DNA of 64,000 nucleotides from Tubiluchus corallicola (GCA_030141605.1 JAQGDQ010000978.1:1-64000), one strand, 5' to 3'. Counted from the first letter of the stretch, positions 1 to 13,578 are shown. The notes: generated by a model not told the origin, from the letters alone. Numbers and translations are program-made.

Positions 1-1107
1 AGACCAAGTACATATTTTGATAATATTTATAGTAAAATTTGCACATCAACAACATCACATATCGGTACATATTTAAAGAAGAAAGGCCACACTGTAAAAT
101 TTTAAAAGTAAATCGGTTTTCATATAGACACAGTAAATTTAAAAATATATAAATCAGTACATAGGAATAATTATGATTTGGCTGCTCAAAAAATATTTAG
201 TCCCTAAAATTGTGTACAAGCTGACCTATTGGCTTACCCTTCATTAAAATCACTAAAAACAATCTGTTACGGGCAAATTACACAATTACCCATATAATTT
301 GCTTTTTATTTTTCCCGCACGAGGGAGCCAAAGACTAAAGGGGACAAGTGGGCAATTGCGTGCAGACTCAACTGGTTACTGCAGAGACTTACTTGTAATT
401 GGTGGATAATGCAATTTTTATACGAGAAATTTAATGTCATGCTTCATAAACCATAAACAGTGTGGCCTCTCTCTAGCCGAATGAAGTAAGTGATTTTTGT
501 AAATCTAAGTTTATTAATTAGATAGCAATTTTCTGTGTAATTTTTTTATATTTTAAATTTCTGTATTATTTGTTTAAATTACATTACTGCAAATTTTATG
601 CATTCTTTTGTTTTTTCTCCTTTAGAAAATAAAGACTGCAGTGAACACCTCATGAACGGATCTGTCGTGTTTTGCTGCGTTAACACAATCATTAATAGAC
701 AACAAGCCAGCAGATGAACGTGTTCAGTGTGTTTAATATATTTATGTTACATAGTTGCAATTCATCTATATTCACAAAAGTAATAAAATAAAATGTTTTT
801 ATTATATAATTATTAGCAACCATGCCTTCACTGCTAACTATTACACAACAAAACAGGATTAAAAAACAAAAAAATAAAAAAACAATATGATGCGTGACTA
901 GTATAATACCCCTGAATTAGTATAAGATTCTAATTCTGGCCCAAAAATGAAATGAGTCACAACAATTGCCAGAAAATTGCACACATAAATGCAAGATTAA
1001 ATATTTTACTGCGCATGCGCGTATGGACTGCTTTAATTATCAAGCTTTGTTTAGAGAAACACTTTTTGTGAGAATGCTAGCAGGAATCTTCTAGAGCTAG
1101 GCCTACA

Positions 1108-1740
1108 TTAAAGCACAAGAAACCCCTTCATAAACATAAAGCTTGAAAAATTCGTTTTGAAATTTTATATCACTTACGTACTGCCTTTTTGCGTGCAGGA
1201 CTTCAATCAGCAGTAACGCTGTATAAAACATGTAAATTTAAACTCCAGCGATGACCGTTAGACACAGCCATTTTCACGACAGGTCATTTGAAACAAGTTT
1301 AGATAACATTTTGTAAAGTTTGAAAAAAAGTCAGAGCATTCGTAGCGCACAAGTCACTAACGAAATAAAATTTAAAATGGTGAGTCAGCGATATTTTACG
1401 AATTGGTGAAAACATTTTAAATAATTAATAATTTTCTTTTCTAGTTACATAAGTCTTTCTAGCAGGTAAGCAAAAATCTAAGTAATATAGATTTGCAAGG
1501 AAAGTCTTTTGAAACATAATTTAACATTGCCTTTTCTTCCCGTGATTTACGTTTGGTACATGACGTCATGTAATGGCGACTTCGGAACAGTATTGCTGGA
1601 GATTTAAAATGAAAACAAACTAAAATTCCTTTCAGTGCGAGTAAGATATGCGCATAAAATTGCTGTAAAGTAATATAATCTGTTAAGGCGATTTTTCTGA
1701 AACCTACTTCAAGTGAGGTGCCCCTTTTCTTGTTCTTTAA
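1108..1740. mobile_element. Non-autonomous TTAA-flanked DNA transposon, Kolobok-like (family A, copy 1)
   Basis: Termini TTAA-AGCACAAGAAA ... TTTCTTGTTCT-TTAA. Near-identical to 33859-34503 over its length. A TTAA target site with AG...CT ends matches Kolobok. Confidence 0.7.
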
Positions 1741-2612
1741 ATATATAAAAAAGCTGAACCTCATACTTCTGATTAATTCTCTTTGAATTTGTTGTTATAA
1801 TAGCACTAGCCTGGATTTCAATCACTAAAATGATTTCTTTTTCCAGATAATCAGTCTAATTTAGGAAATCATTAAGTTGTTTGTGGAAAAATGCTCTAAC
1901 ATTAGCCTATGTTGTTTTTCTCATTAGTATAGTCCCAGATCTATTCTGCCAAATCTGCTGAAGCTTTGAGAATACAAATGCTTACAATTATATTATTTAA
2001 ATACAACTAATGGATGGTAGGATTTGTCGTGTGCTCTTAACTTAACTTATCTTAACTACACGACATAGGCTATAGCCTAATTAGCTTACGCCCCTGTGTG
2101 TAACTCATGTACATAAGATCTTATTGTTTAGAATATTCACAATGTTTTCTTCAACATTTACATTCTTTACACCTTTTTAATACAGAAAATGAGTCCAAAA
2201 TGAAATGTGATGAATTTCACCAGAAATTTGTAGGAGAACACAGACGAAAATAAACCTTTATAGCTACATAATAAAAAATACTGAGTCTGAGAAATTCGTA
2301 GCATAAAATCGTATAAGTCTACTTAATATATTTATATAAAGTCGATTTCTTTGAAATAAAATGTTTACATGATCTTCAAAATATTATATTTTATGAAATA
2401 TAGTGATGGCATTAAAAAGAAGTGCCTCAGAACAAGGTAATAAAAATATTAATATGCACTAGACAGTTTTTGAGAACTAGGATTTGGCAATTTTCTCCGA
2501 GTTTATCGGGGAATGTTGAATCATAAAAAATGTTTATAAAATAAACATAAAAAACATAACACTGCTTCAGCAGCCAATGACGACACCTCGTGCTTGCCGT
2601 CATCGAGTTTTT

Positions 2613-2716
2613 CATCATCATCATCATCATCATCATAATCATCATCATCATCATCACCAATATCATCATCATCATCATCGTCATCATCATCATCATCACC
2701 GCCACCACCATCATCA
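2613..2716. repeat. (CAT)n microsatellite
   Basis: Direct reading of the sequence. Confidence 0.95.
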
Positions 2717-3301
2717 CTGTTACTTCATCATGATTATCGTTGTAAAAATACAGTGAATACTTTATTTTAGTGCAAATCTACTAGTTCGTGGTCGACGATA
2801 TAATCTTCTATTTGAGTTTTTGTAAAATTCGTTTTGTTTGCAACAACTCTATGTAAGAAAATATTCAATGTCTTTTTACTTTTTTGCCTCGTCACTGTAA
2901 TGCATTGGATCGTACATTAATTTGCTTATATTGCAGTTGGGTTGGCTTACAGTCGTCGGAATACACTTTACAGGCACTTACAACTTAAGAAATCGAATCT
3001 TACAATCTTACAATAACGTCATTGGTGATATTATGTTTCTAAAGATAACTATGAGGTAAATAATGCATTATGAATTCTGTCGTGAAAGTAATAAGAATTA
3101 TGAACTGTGACGTTTCACTAAATGATCTACAGGTTGTTTCACATGTAGAATATCTGTGGTTATTATTTACTTTGCAAAGTAACTCTTGTATAAATGTGCA
3201 GGTAATTTCAGTTTTTAAATACATCTATTACTGTTTTGTAAAAAATTGTTGTGCATAGTCAATATTTTAGGCGTTTTATTGTTTTACATCTATTGTTTAT
3301 T

Positions 3302-3326
3302 TATTATTTATTATTATTGTTATTAC

Positions 3327-3368
<42 letters not shown>

Positions 3369-3397
3369 CATTATTATTATTATTATTATCATTATTA

Positions 3398-3446
<49 letters not shown>

Positions 3447-3454
3447 CATTATTA

Positions 3455-3509
<55 letters not shown>

Positions 3510-3520
3510 TATTACCATTA

Positions 3521-3619
<99 letters not shown>

Positions 3620-3636
3620 TATTATTATTTATTATT
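3302..3636. repeat. (ATT)n microsatellite
   Basis: Direct reading. Explains the poly-Y/L/I ORFs. Confidence 0.97.
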
Positions 3637-4707
3637 TATTTTTATTGGCTCATCTTATCTGAAATACTGCAGTCTGTCCGTCATTGTTTTTGTAATAATC
3701 ATAATTATGACTACATTAAGTAAACAAATTTGTCCCTGACGAATCTGAATAAACGGCTAAGTTAACACACTACCATTTACCAATTTACAGCAAGTCTATT
3801 CAGCTCGTTGTCCATATCTATTTTATAATTATGAAGAAAAATAAAAACAAAATTGTTTTGAAAAGCATCAGACTTTATTTCGCAGGAAAACAGGAAGCGA
3901 AACTGCAGGAAAATAAAATAAAAGATATTTTATTGTATTATAATTTTTTTTTTACGAACTTTTGTTTTATTACGTCTTCGTGAATTGTGGATGAAAATAT
4001 TCTTGTTTTTATACTTACCAGAAACACTGATTTTACAACGAATTTTTTGCACTACGGATTTTGTTTTTCGTAGAAAATTGCAGAAAAGTTTTGCCGCGTG
4101 GTTTGCTCATCGATTGTGGTTTTATGATAATAACTGTATCAATGTGTGGCGGAATCAGGTAGTCAGAAGTGACGCTACTATTCATATATGCAACTAAGAT
4201 ATTTTAATAAACATTTCTGCATTTATCGTGTTAAATATATATAAGACAAACTTAATTGACGTGACCTCAAAAATCACTTTTAATAGTACTCGTTTTAACT
4301 GGGAGTTTGAAAATTTTCAATTTATGAAGTTATCTACTCATGGATCAGCCACTTGCGGAGCTGCTACTGGAGGAAATACCTTCACGCAGTACGCACGTAT
4401 ATTATAAATTTTCTAAGCTTATAAAATCTATAGTAATGTTATTTTAATAATGCGAAATTCACGAACCCAATAGCAATTCTTTCCTTGAATTCAACAGAAA
4501 TCTGTATGAATGAATTTTCTTGAAAAAAATTCAAGTGCCTTTAAATACGGAACACGGTCAGCTTAGAGCACATATGCAGCGGAGGAAAGACAGAGTACGA
4601 CAGTCTAAGAAAACAGAAGCACAACAGTTGAGGTTACATTTTGATCATCTCGGTTTGAGGTGAGCATAATTTGTTTCTTTTGTGGAAAGTACAATTATTT
4701 TTTTGTG

Positions 4708-5265
<558 letters not shown>

Positions 5266-5389
5266 TTATTTTAGATGTACATAATGCGGCGCGCAACTTT
5301 ATATGATATGTAATTTATGATGTGCAGTAAAACTACTAATACAGTAAAAATACAATATCTAACACATTAATAAACTTTAAATAAAATGG

Positions 5390-5664
5390 TTTGAGTAGTG
5401 CGAGGTGAGTGTACGACCATACGGTCATTAACACACTCACCTTACTTAAATGAAAAATGGTTATAGTTATGCATGCTGCTGTAGATAACTTAACGTGAAT
5501 AAGGATGAAGTAAATGATGTAATAATTTGAGTAGTGCGAGGTGAGTGTACGACCAAACTGTCATTAACACACTCACTTTACTTAAATGAAAAAAATGATT
5601 ATAGTTATGCATGCTTCTGTAGATAACTTAATGTAAATAAGGATGAAGTAAATCATGTAATAAT
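5390..5664. repeat. Tandem duplication, 2 x ~136 bp
   Basis: TTTGAGTAGTGCGAGGTGAGTGTACGACC... starts at 5390 and again at 5526. Confidence 0.9.
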
Positions 5665-6110
5665 AGCAATGGTATAAGAGCAATAAACCTGAAAGTTGAG
5701 AAAGGAAAACATAATATGTAATTACGACAATTTGGTGCATCTATCACGCGGTTTGGTTATGTATTATATTTTGCTGACTTAATGATTAACTGATTGACTC
5801 AGCAACAAATGTATTAACTGGCCGACTAGCAGTTTGATAGCTGCGTACCAACTAACTTACTAACCAGGTAAGTAACTTAACTGACCGCGTAACTGATTAA
5901 CTGACCGGTTTGCTGATAGACTAAGCAACACAACAATCGTAGTATAATTAAACAATAAGTACAATTAACTTATTACTGATTTACTGTAAACCTGGAAATA
6001 TAATGAGCTTTTATTATAAAGTTGATATCATATTCAAGGGCTCTTGTAGAATACATAATGCGAGTGCACTACTTGTACTAGACAAGTTTGATTGAATTTC
6101 AGAGACGAAA

Positions 6111-6294
6111 ATGGTGAACAAAAATTTCATAGTTTTGTTCCTTCTGATTGTCGTGATCTCAGCTACATACTCGGATCCTTGTGTTCCAAATCCCTGCAAT
6201 GGAGGCTTGTGTATAAGACGGGGCGTCAACCTCCACAGCTGTACATGTGCAGATGGATTTTGGGGAAGTAATTGTCAGTATCAAAAAACCAAAG
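6111..6294 (+). CDS. Secreted EGF-domain protein, coding exon 1 (signal peptide + EGF)
   Basis: MVNKNFIVLFLLIVVISATYS signal peptide, then six-Cys EGF DPCVPNPCNGGLCIRRGVNLHSCTCADGFWGSNCQ. Phase-1 donor AAG|GTAAGA at 6294/6295. Acceptor TTTCAG ends at 6101; a perfect CAG|GTAAGT at 5867 could end a 5'UTR exon. Confidence 0.85.
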
Positions 6295-6420
6295 GTAAGA
6301 TTGATATTTAATTTCTTTTTTTGTTGAAAAGTAAAAGTGTTCAGGTTTTTCAAATAATAATTTTATAATAATATTCAAGTGTTTCTACGACTAGACCGAT
6401 TTAGAAATACACGATTTTTA

Positions 6421-9400
6421 ACTCGAAGTTCATGACAAGACATAACTTGGTATCGTACGTGTTAAGCGTCACAGTTGACTCGAAGTTCATGACAAGACAT
6501 AACTTGGTATCGTACGTGTTAAGTGTCCCAGTTGACCTGAAGTCCATGACAAGACATAACTTGGTATCGTACGTGTTAAGCGTCACAGTTGACTCGAAGT
6601 CCATGACAAGACATAACTTGGTATCGTACGTGTTAAGCGTCACAGTTGACTCGAAGTCCATGACAAGACATAACTTGGTATCGTACGTGTTAAGCGTCAC
6701 AGTTGACTCGAAGTCCATGACAAGACATAACTTGATATCGTACGTGTTAAGCGTCCCAGTTGACTCGAAGTCCATGACAAGACATAACTTGGTATCGTAC
6801 GTGTTAAGTGTCCCAGTTGACCTGAAGTCCATGACAAGACATAACTTGGTATCGTACGTGTTAAGCGTCACAGTTGACTCGAAGTCCATGACAAGACATA
6901 ACTTGGTATCGTACGTGTTAAGCGTCACAGTTGACTCGAAGTCCATGACAAGACATAACTTGATATCGTACGTGTTAAATGTCCCAGTTGACTCGAAGTC
7001 CATGACAAGACATAACTTGGTATCGTACGTGTTAAGTGTCCCAGTTGACCTGAAGTCCATGACAAGACATAACTTGGTATCGTACGTGTTAAGCGTCACA
7101 GTTGACTCGAAGTCCATGACAAGACATAACTTGATATCGTACGTGTTAAGCGTCCCAGTTGACTCGAAGTCCATGACAAGACATAACTTGGTATCGTACG
7201 TGTTAAGTGTCCCAGTTGACCTGAAGTCCATGACAAGACATAACTTGGTATCGTACGTGTTAAGCGTCACAGTTGACTCGAAGTCCATGACAAGACATAA
7301 CTTGATATCGTACGTGTTAAGCGTCACAGTTGACTCGAAGTCCATGACAAGACATAACTTGATATCGTACGTGTTAAATGTCCCAGTTGACTCGAAGTCC
7401 ATGACAAGACATAACTTGGTATCGTACGTGTTAAATGTCCCAGTTGACTCGAAGTCCATGACAAGACATAACTTGGTATCGTACGTGTTAAGCGTCACAG
7501 TTGACTCGAAGTCCATGACAAGACATAACTTGGCATCGTACGTGTTAAGCGTCACAGTTGACTCGAAGTTCATGACAAGACATAACTTGATATCGTACGT
7601 GTTAAGCGTCTCAGTTGACTCGAAGTCCATGACAAGACATAACTTGGTATCGTACGTGTTAAGCGTCACAGTTGACTCGAAGTCCATGACAAGACATAAC
7701 TTGATATCGTACGTGTTAAGCGTCACAGTTGACTCGAAGTCCATGACAAGACATAACTTGGTATCGTACGTGTTAAGCGTCACAGTTGACTCGAAGTCCA
7801 TGACAAGACATAACTTGGTATCGTACGTGTTAAGCGTCACAGTTGACTCGAAGTCCATGACAAGACATAACTTGGTATCGTACGTGTTAAGCGTCACAGT
7901 TGACTCGAAGTCCATGACAAGACATAACTTGATATCGTACGTGTTAAATGTCCCAGTTGACTCGAAGTCCATGACAAGACATAATTGGTATCGTACGTGT
8001 TAAGTGTCCCAGTTGACCTGAAGTCCATGACAAGACATAACTTGGTATCGTACGTGTTAAGCGTCACAGTTGACTCGAAGTCCATGACAAGACATAACTT
8101 GATATCGTACGTGTTAAGCGTCCCAGTTGACTCGAAGTCCATGACAAGACATAACTGGTATCGTACGTGTTATGTCACAGTTGACTCGAAGTCCATGACA
8201 AGACATAACTTGGTATCGTACGTGTTAAGCGTCACAGTTGACTCGAAGTCCATGACAAGACATAACTTGGCATCGTACGTGTTAAGCGTCACAGTTGACT
8301 CGAAGTTCATGACAAGACATAACTTGATATCGTACGTTAAGCGTCTCAGTTGACTCGAAGTCCATGACAAGACATAACTTGGTATCGTACGTGTTAAGCG
8401 TCACAGTTGACTCGAAGTCCATGACAAGACAACTGGTATCGTACGTGTTAAGCGTCACAGTTGACTCGAAGTCCATGACAAGACATAACTTGATATCGTA
8501 CGTGTTAAGCGTCACAGTTGACTCGAAGTCCATGACAAGACATAACTTGGTATCGTACGTGTTAAGCGTCACAGTTGACTCGAAGTCCATGACAAGACAT
8601 AACTTGGTATCGTACGTGTTAAGCGTCACAGTTGACTCGAAGTCCATGACAAGACATAACTTGATATCGTACGTGTTAAATGTCCAGTTGACTCGAAGTC
8701 CATGACAAGACATAACTTGGTATCGTACGTGTTAAGCGTCACAGTTGACTCGAAGTCCATGACAAGACATAACTTGGTATCGTACGTGTTAAGTGTCCCA
8801 GTTGACTCGAAGTCCATGACAAGACATAGCTTGGTATCGTACGTGTTAAGCGTCACAGTTGACTCGAAGTCCATGACAAGACATAACTTGGTATCGTACG
8901 TGTTAAATGTCCCAGTTGACTCGAAGTCCATGACAAGACATAACTTGGTATCGTACGTGTTAAATGTCCCAGTTGACTCGAAGTCCATGACAAGACATAA
9001 CTTGGTATCGTACGTGTTAAGTGTCCCAGTTGACCCGAAGTCCATGACAAGACATAACTTGGTATCGTACGTGTTAAATGTCCCAGTTGACTCGAAGTTC
9101 ATGACAAGACATAACTTGATATCGTACGTGTTAAATGTCACAGTTGACTCGAAGTCCATGACAAGACATAACTTGGTATCGTACGTGTTAAGCGTCACAG
9201 TTGACTCGAAGTCCATGACAAGACATAACTTGATATCGTACGTGTTAAATGTCACAGTTGACTCGAAGTCCATGACAAGACATAACTTGGTATCGTACGT
9301 GTTAAGCGTCACAGTTGACTCGAAGTCCATGACAAGACATAACTTGGTATCGTACGTGTTAAGTGTCCCAGTTGACTCGAAGTCCATGACAAGACATAAC

Positions 9401-9428
9401 TTGGCATCGTACGTGTTAAGCGTCTCAG
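6421..9428. repeat. 57-bp tandem satellite (~53 copies) in intron 1 of the EGF gene
   Basis: Unit CATGACAAGACATAACTTGGTATCGTACGTGTTAAGCGTCACAGTTGACTCGAAGTC repeated head-to-tail with few variant sites. Confidence 0.97.
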
Positions 9429-9837
9429 TAAACAGATAACAAACTAAAAGGCGCAGTGCCTTAAAAATTAAAAATTAAGCAAGTCAAATCAAAAGTGACA
9501 GGGACAAAATGCATTTCGTGTAAATTACATCGAAAAACAAATCAAATTCAGTCTAGTTAAATTAAATCAAATAAAAAGTAACAAGTAAGGCTTTCACTTT
9601 GTATCTAGTTATGGTCGAGGACGATACATTTTCAAAAAGCTCATTAAATCGACTTAAATGTTTCTAATCTGTATCGATAAAATAACTTAACTAGCTGGTA
9701 GTCTTAGACTAAAAAACCCTAAAGGCTTAAATTATCATTGAAGATTTAGAAGCAGGCGAAGATTTGCATTGGAAAACTGTGAGAAACTACAGAAAAGTTT
9801 AGCGATTTATAACATCCGATTCTTTCTTCTGTTACAG

Positions 9838-10251
9838 TTCCCACTACACGCTTCTTTGGCTCCCCGCGTGTAGCACCATTGCACCAACAAGTGGCACCAC
9901 AACGAAATGACATAGGACTACACATTTCACCACCAACGGGGAGCAAAAAACAAATAATTGAGAGGCCCATACCACTGTGGTACCAGCTGGGTGTGCCACT
10001 CCATCTTAGTCAGTTCACGGGTGCTGATTATAGACGCGGACATTTCTATGATCCGAAGAAACCATTAGAAGTTGAAGTGCAAACCGGCCCAAAGGAACCA
10101 CCGTATCTCGGAGGTAACTTCGGACTGAATCCTTACTGGAAAAGATACGAGCCATTCAACTCACCTCCGCTGTCGTTTGGGGCAAACAAGGGCGTCAGTC
10201 TCGCAAACTTTGCCGGTTTTGGGTCTCCAGGAATTGGCGGATTGTTTGAAG
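9838..10251 (+). CDS. Secreted EGF-domain protein, coding exon 2 (Pro/Gly/aromatic-rich linker)
   Basis: Pyrimidine tract + TACAG acceptor at 9837. A phase-1 join to exon 1 gives an open frame (VPTTRFFGSPRVAPLHQQ...GGLFE). Phase-1 donor AAG|GTAAAT at 10251. Confidence 0.75.
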
Positions 10252-10324
10252 GTAAATCTAAATTTGTAAATAGTCGTCAGCATCTAGACCTGTATTTTTC
10301 TGTACTTTTACTCATATTTTTATG

Positions 10325-10436
10325 GATTATTGCTACACATTAGTGTAAACGGTATGTAGGAAGCTCCTTCAGTGATGCGAGATGTATGTGACTGGGAAAC
10401 CGAGCTGTTTGAAGGCCAAGTTTGCGAAAAATTGAG
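10325..10436 (+). pseudogene. Frameshifted EGF-like exon remnant (or mis-assembled exon)
   Basis: Fragments DYCYTL / C / NG / C / DARC / CDWETELFEGQVCEKL in shifting frames give EGF cysteine spacing, but there is no single open frame or clean phase-1 splice pair. Confidence 0.45.
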
Positions 10437-10519
10437 GTTAAAAATCAATCAATTTCACTTTGTTCATAGGGTCCCTATATGCGAGGTAATTTAACTGGGT
10501 TTCTGTTATGCAGGACCTG

Positions 10520-10664
10520 AAGATATCGTCTCTTATAACCGAAAGTCCCTTATATCCGAGTACCTTATATACGAAGATTTTACATAGGAAAAACGTTACG
10601 AAAAGTCGGGACCGGTGTTGGTGGTCCGTTATAACCGAGTACATTATACCCGAGGTTGACTGTA
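10520..10664. mobile_element. Tc1/mariner-pogo-type MITE right end (partial)
   Basis: Ends CGAGGTTGACTG-TA, with internal TTATAACCGA/TTATATCCGA subrepeats. No matching left end found. Confidence 0.5.
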
Positions 10665-10836
10665 CAAAATATAGCTAAAAAAAGAAAAAAGTGATGTGCT
10701 TTTCAGTTGTTTTATTTTGTCAATACCAAACAAACAATTATATCATCAATATAATTAGCTTAGGGCCCGTAAAAACAATAAAAAATCAGTGCCATAATTA
10801 GCTAATGTTGATCTAACTTAAATCGTCTATTTCTAG

Positions 10837-11049
10837 ACTCCAATTGCAAGTTGCCGTGTCAGAATGGTGGATTCTGCAACGACTTTGATTTAGTTCAAAT
10901 TTGCGTTTGTCCGCTCAACTACGGAGGAATTCTTTGCGAGATCAACAAAGATGTCGGTTATGGCGTCGAATCTGCCGTGGGTCCTTTGAGACTGGTTGCA
11001 GAAGCAGCGACAGGAGGAGGGAGGCGAAGAGGAAGAGGGCGCAGAAGAG
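10837..11049 (+). CDS. Secreted EGF-domain protein, EGF exon + Arg/Gly-rich tail
   Basis: TTTCTAG acceptor at 10836, phase 1. DSNCKLPCQNGGFCNDFDLVQICVCPLNYGGILCE is a canonical EGF, followed by ...GGGRRRGRGRRR. Either stops at TAA 11054 or splices at GAG|GTTAAC. Confidence 0.85.
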
Positions 11050-11629
11050 GTTAACCCAAAAGAAGTTAATAGCCTTACTCATACAGGAATTTATTTATTA
11101 TTGTTGTTTGTATTTTTTATTTTAGTTACCCATTGGGTAAACAGGCAGCAAAAAACTTTCACATTTTTTGCAGGCAATAATGGTTCCAATTGTCGTCATC
11201 ATTGTCATCGTCGTCATCTTCATACACCACCACATTGACATTATTGGTATTTGGTATCGAAACTCCACTAACATCCGTGTAATCAACAATCAACGTGAAC
11301 TGCGTCACCATTGCTTGTGCTGCTGTAATTACTGATTAATCACAAAAATCGTCATCTCCGCAATCGTTGCTATTGCTACCACCTCCGTCATCATCGCCAT
11401 CATCTCCGTCATCGAAATGTCATCATTGTCATCACCATCATTCATGCAGTGTGTATTAACTCTAATCAAGGCTTGATCATGATTGCTAATATGCAAGTAT
11501 AACTGAGAATCAACACATTAAGAATCAATACAGTTTTCAACATACAAGTGGCCTTAAAGACTTGAGAAACGTTTGCTTGCAATGTTCTGCAGTGCAATTT
11601 TGATGTTATTTTAATACATTTGGCATCTT

Positions 11630-11901
11630 CAGGGCCTATTTCAGGGGGGGGAGTGGGGATACTTCCCCGGGGCCTCGCGCCGAGGTAACATTTTTTTTTG
11701 CTTTATGCGAACATTCATTTGCTCTTTCCTTTAACAACTGTATAACACCATATTTTCTCTTCGAAAATGCTTCTACGGCGTTCAAAAACTTTCTAGGCGC
11801 CAACCATGGTGGCGACGCCACCCCCCCCCCCCCCCACCGAGCACCGAGGGGCCTCACACGCCCCACTTCCCCGGGCCTCGCTTAGGCTGAAATAGGCCCT
11901 G
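11630..11901. mobile_element. hAT-like MITE with 15-bp TIR and 8-bp TSD
   Basis: CAGGGCCTATTTCAG ... CTGAAATAGGCCCTG, flanked by GGCATCTT on both sides (11622-11629, 11902-11909). Confidence 0.9.
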
Positions 11902-12148
11902 GGCATCTTATTTTATTAATGATTATTTAAAAAAAAACAGGGAAACTGTGCAAAATGGTCTACTGGTATTGTCTGTACGAAACGCATAGTTACAATTATT
12001 AATGCGTCAAGACGTGACGATGTGATTTGTGAATTTTTCTATAACTTGTAAATACACACTAACTGTATAATTGCAGTGTATTTATGTGAGTGTTTAAATT
12101 ATTGTGGTAAATTACTATTGTGAGAAGTGTTGGTTTTATATCTTACAG

Positions 12149-12168
12149 GTTATGGAATGAGCATTTAA
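12149..12168 (+). CDS. Probable short terminal exon of the EGF gene (GYGMSI*)
   Basis: TATCTTACAG acceptor, phase-1 compatible with a donor at 11049. TAA at 12166-12168; AATAAA at 12247. Confidence 0.5.
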
Positions 12169-12550
12169 GCTCTGCTGTTAAGCCTGCTGATTTAACTGGT
12201 GCAAACGAAATGACTGATGAGTGTGCAATAATATTTTCTTACATTTAATAAACTATTGCAAACTATTTTTATAAAACTTCCAATATTTATTTGATGGGAA
12301 AATGTATGACTTTACATTACAATTTTTTTTAATTATGAACTAATTTCTAAAATATTCTAATTAAAATTTAAAACTTTTTAAAAAAACATTAAAAAATTTA
12401 AAAAAATCATTACAAAAAGGACAATCTAAACAAACTTGTTTTAAGATGATGTTTAAAAGAATCCAATGAATTTGTAGAACTCATAGCAACAGGTAAATTA
12501 TTCCAGAGATGCACAGACAGAAAAATACTCTCTTTAGAATACCGTATTAT

Positions 12551-13010
12551 CAGGTGCGTGCATATTGCGGCCCGCAGAGAGAATTTGTCAACCTAATGAA
12601 AGTGCGGCCCGGGCGGTTAATTGAGTGTATCCAGCTGAAGTCCGTGCCACGATCCCAAAGATAGTGCGGGTAGTTTTTTCTACTAGATCGGATGCCATTA
12701 ACCCTTACAAGATGGTTGAAGCTTAATGTCACTGTACTACACAGACTGTGTGATACACATTACTAATATGCATTGTAATGAAATTACCACTATCTGTCCT
12801 GAAAGTAGAAATATATGGTTTGTAATATAAATTTTAATAACTTCTAAAATAGTTTCTTGAGTGTAGTAGTAATGATGTACGCAGGTCGGATGCAAAAAAT
12901 CGTTATTAGGCCTTTCTGTACTTGGCTCCTTGATCAAACTGCCTGTGGCCCACAGGAATTATGGGAAAGTTTAATGTGGCCGTGCTAGTCAGATAATTTG
13001 CACACCCCTG
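12551..13010. mobile_element. hAT-like MITE flanked by a 9-bp direct repeat
   Basis: CAGGTGCGTGCA ... TGCACACCCCTG with GCGGCCC/GTGGCCC subterminal motifs. CCGTATTAT on both sides. Confidence 0.8.
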
Positions 13011-13578
13011 CCGTATTATACTGTATTTTCACCGTAGAATACTGTATTAGAAATTGGCAGACTTAAATTACAACTTTATTGTAAATGCTTTACAATTTTA
13101 TAAAAAATTAGCAGAAGTTTAGTTTCAATTTGTCCAACAATATCGTCATTAAAAATCGATATACAAGAGCAGGGCCAGAAGTTCCCCAGCGAGGTCCATC
13201 CGGACAACAATACATTTTGCTGCATTTCATACCACTTTTCTGCCTCCTAGAAACTATTTCCTGAAGGAAGCTCACTGGTTTAGAACAGGTGACTCCTCAC
13301 CTTTTTACAGCATACATGATGGATGCACATAAATTGTGTTATATTATTATGACATATATAAGGTACTTTTAGGATCTGGTAAATTGTTCTAACGCTTATA
13401 ATTCAGAGAAAATATTAATTTGGTGTGTTGTATCAGTTACTGTGAACGGGAGGGCCCACCCCCTAACCCGCCACTGTACCAGAGGATTGTTACTAAAAAG
13501 CTTATTCTGCGTATTTGAACGTTTCTTTTTCTTAATATGGAATATTAACTCAAATATAACAATTGTCTGCACACCGCC

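Noticed and set aside
300-790. Possible terminal exons (donor GTAAGT at 485, acceptor CCTTTAG at 625, AATAAA at ~782)
   Set aside because: Splice-like signals exist, but no recognisable or continuous reading frame.
3246-3739. Poly-Tyr/Leu/Ile ORFs
   Set aside because: (ATT)n microsatellite.
6401-9439. 523-aa and other ORFs on both strands, or a CRISPR-like array
   Set aside because: They are translations of a 57-bp (19-codon) satellite inside an intron. There are no unique spacers and no cas genes.
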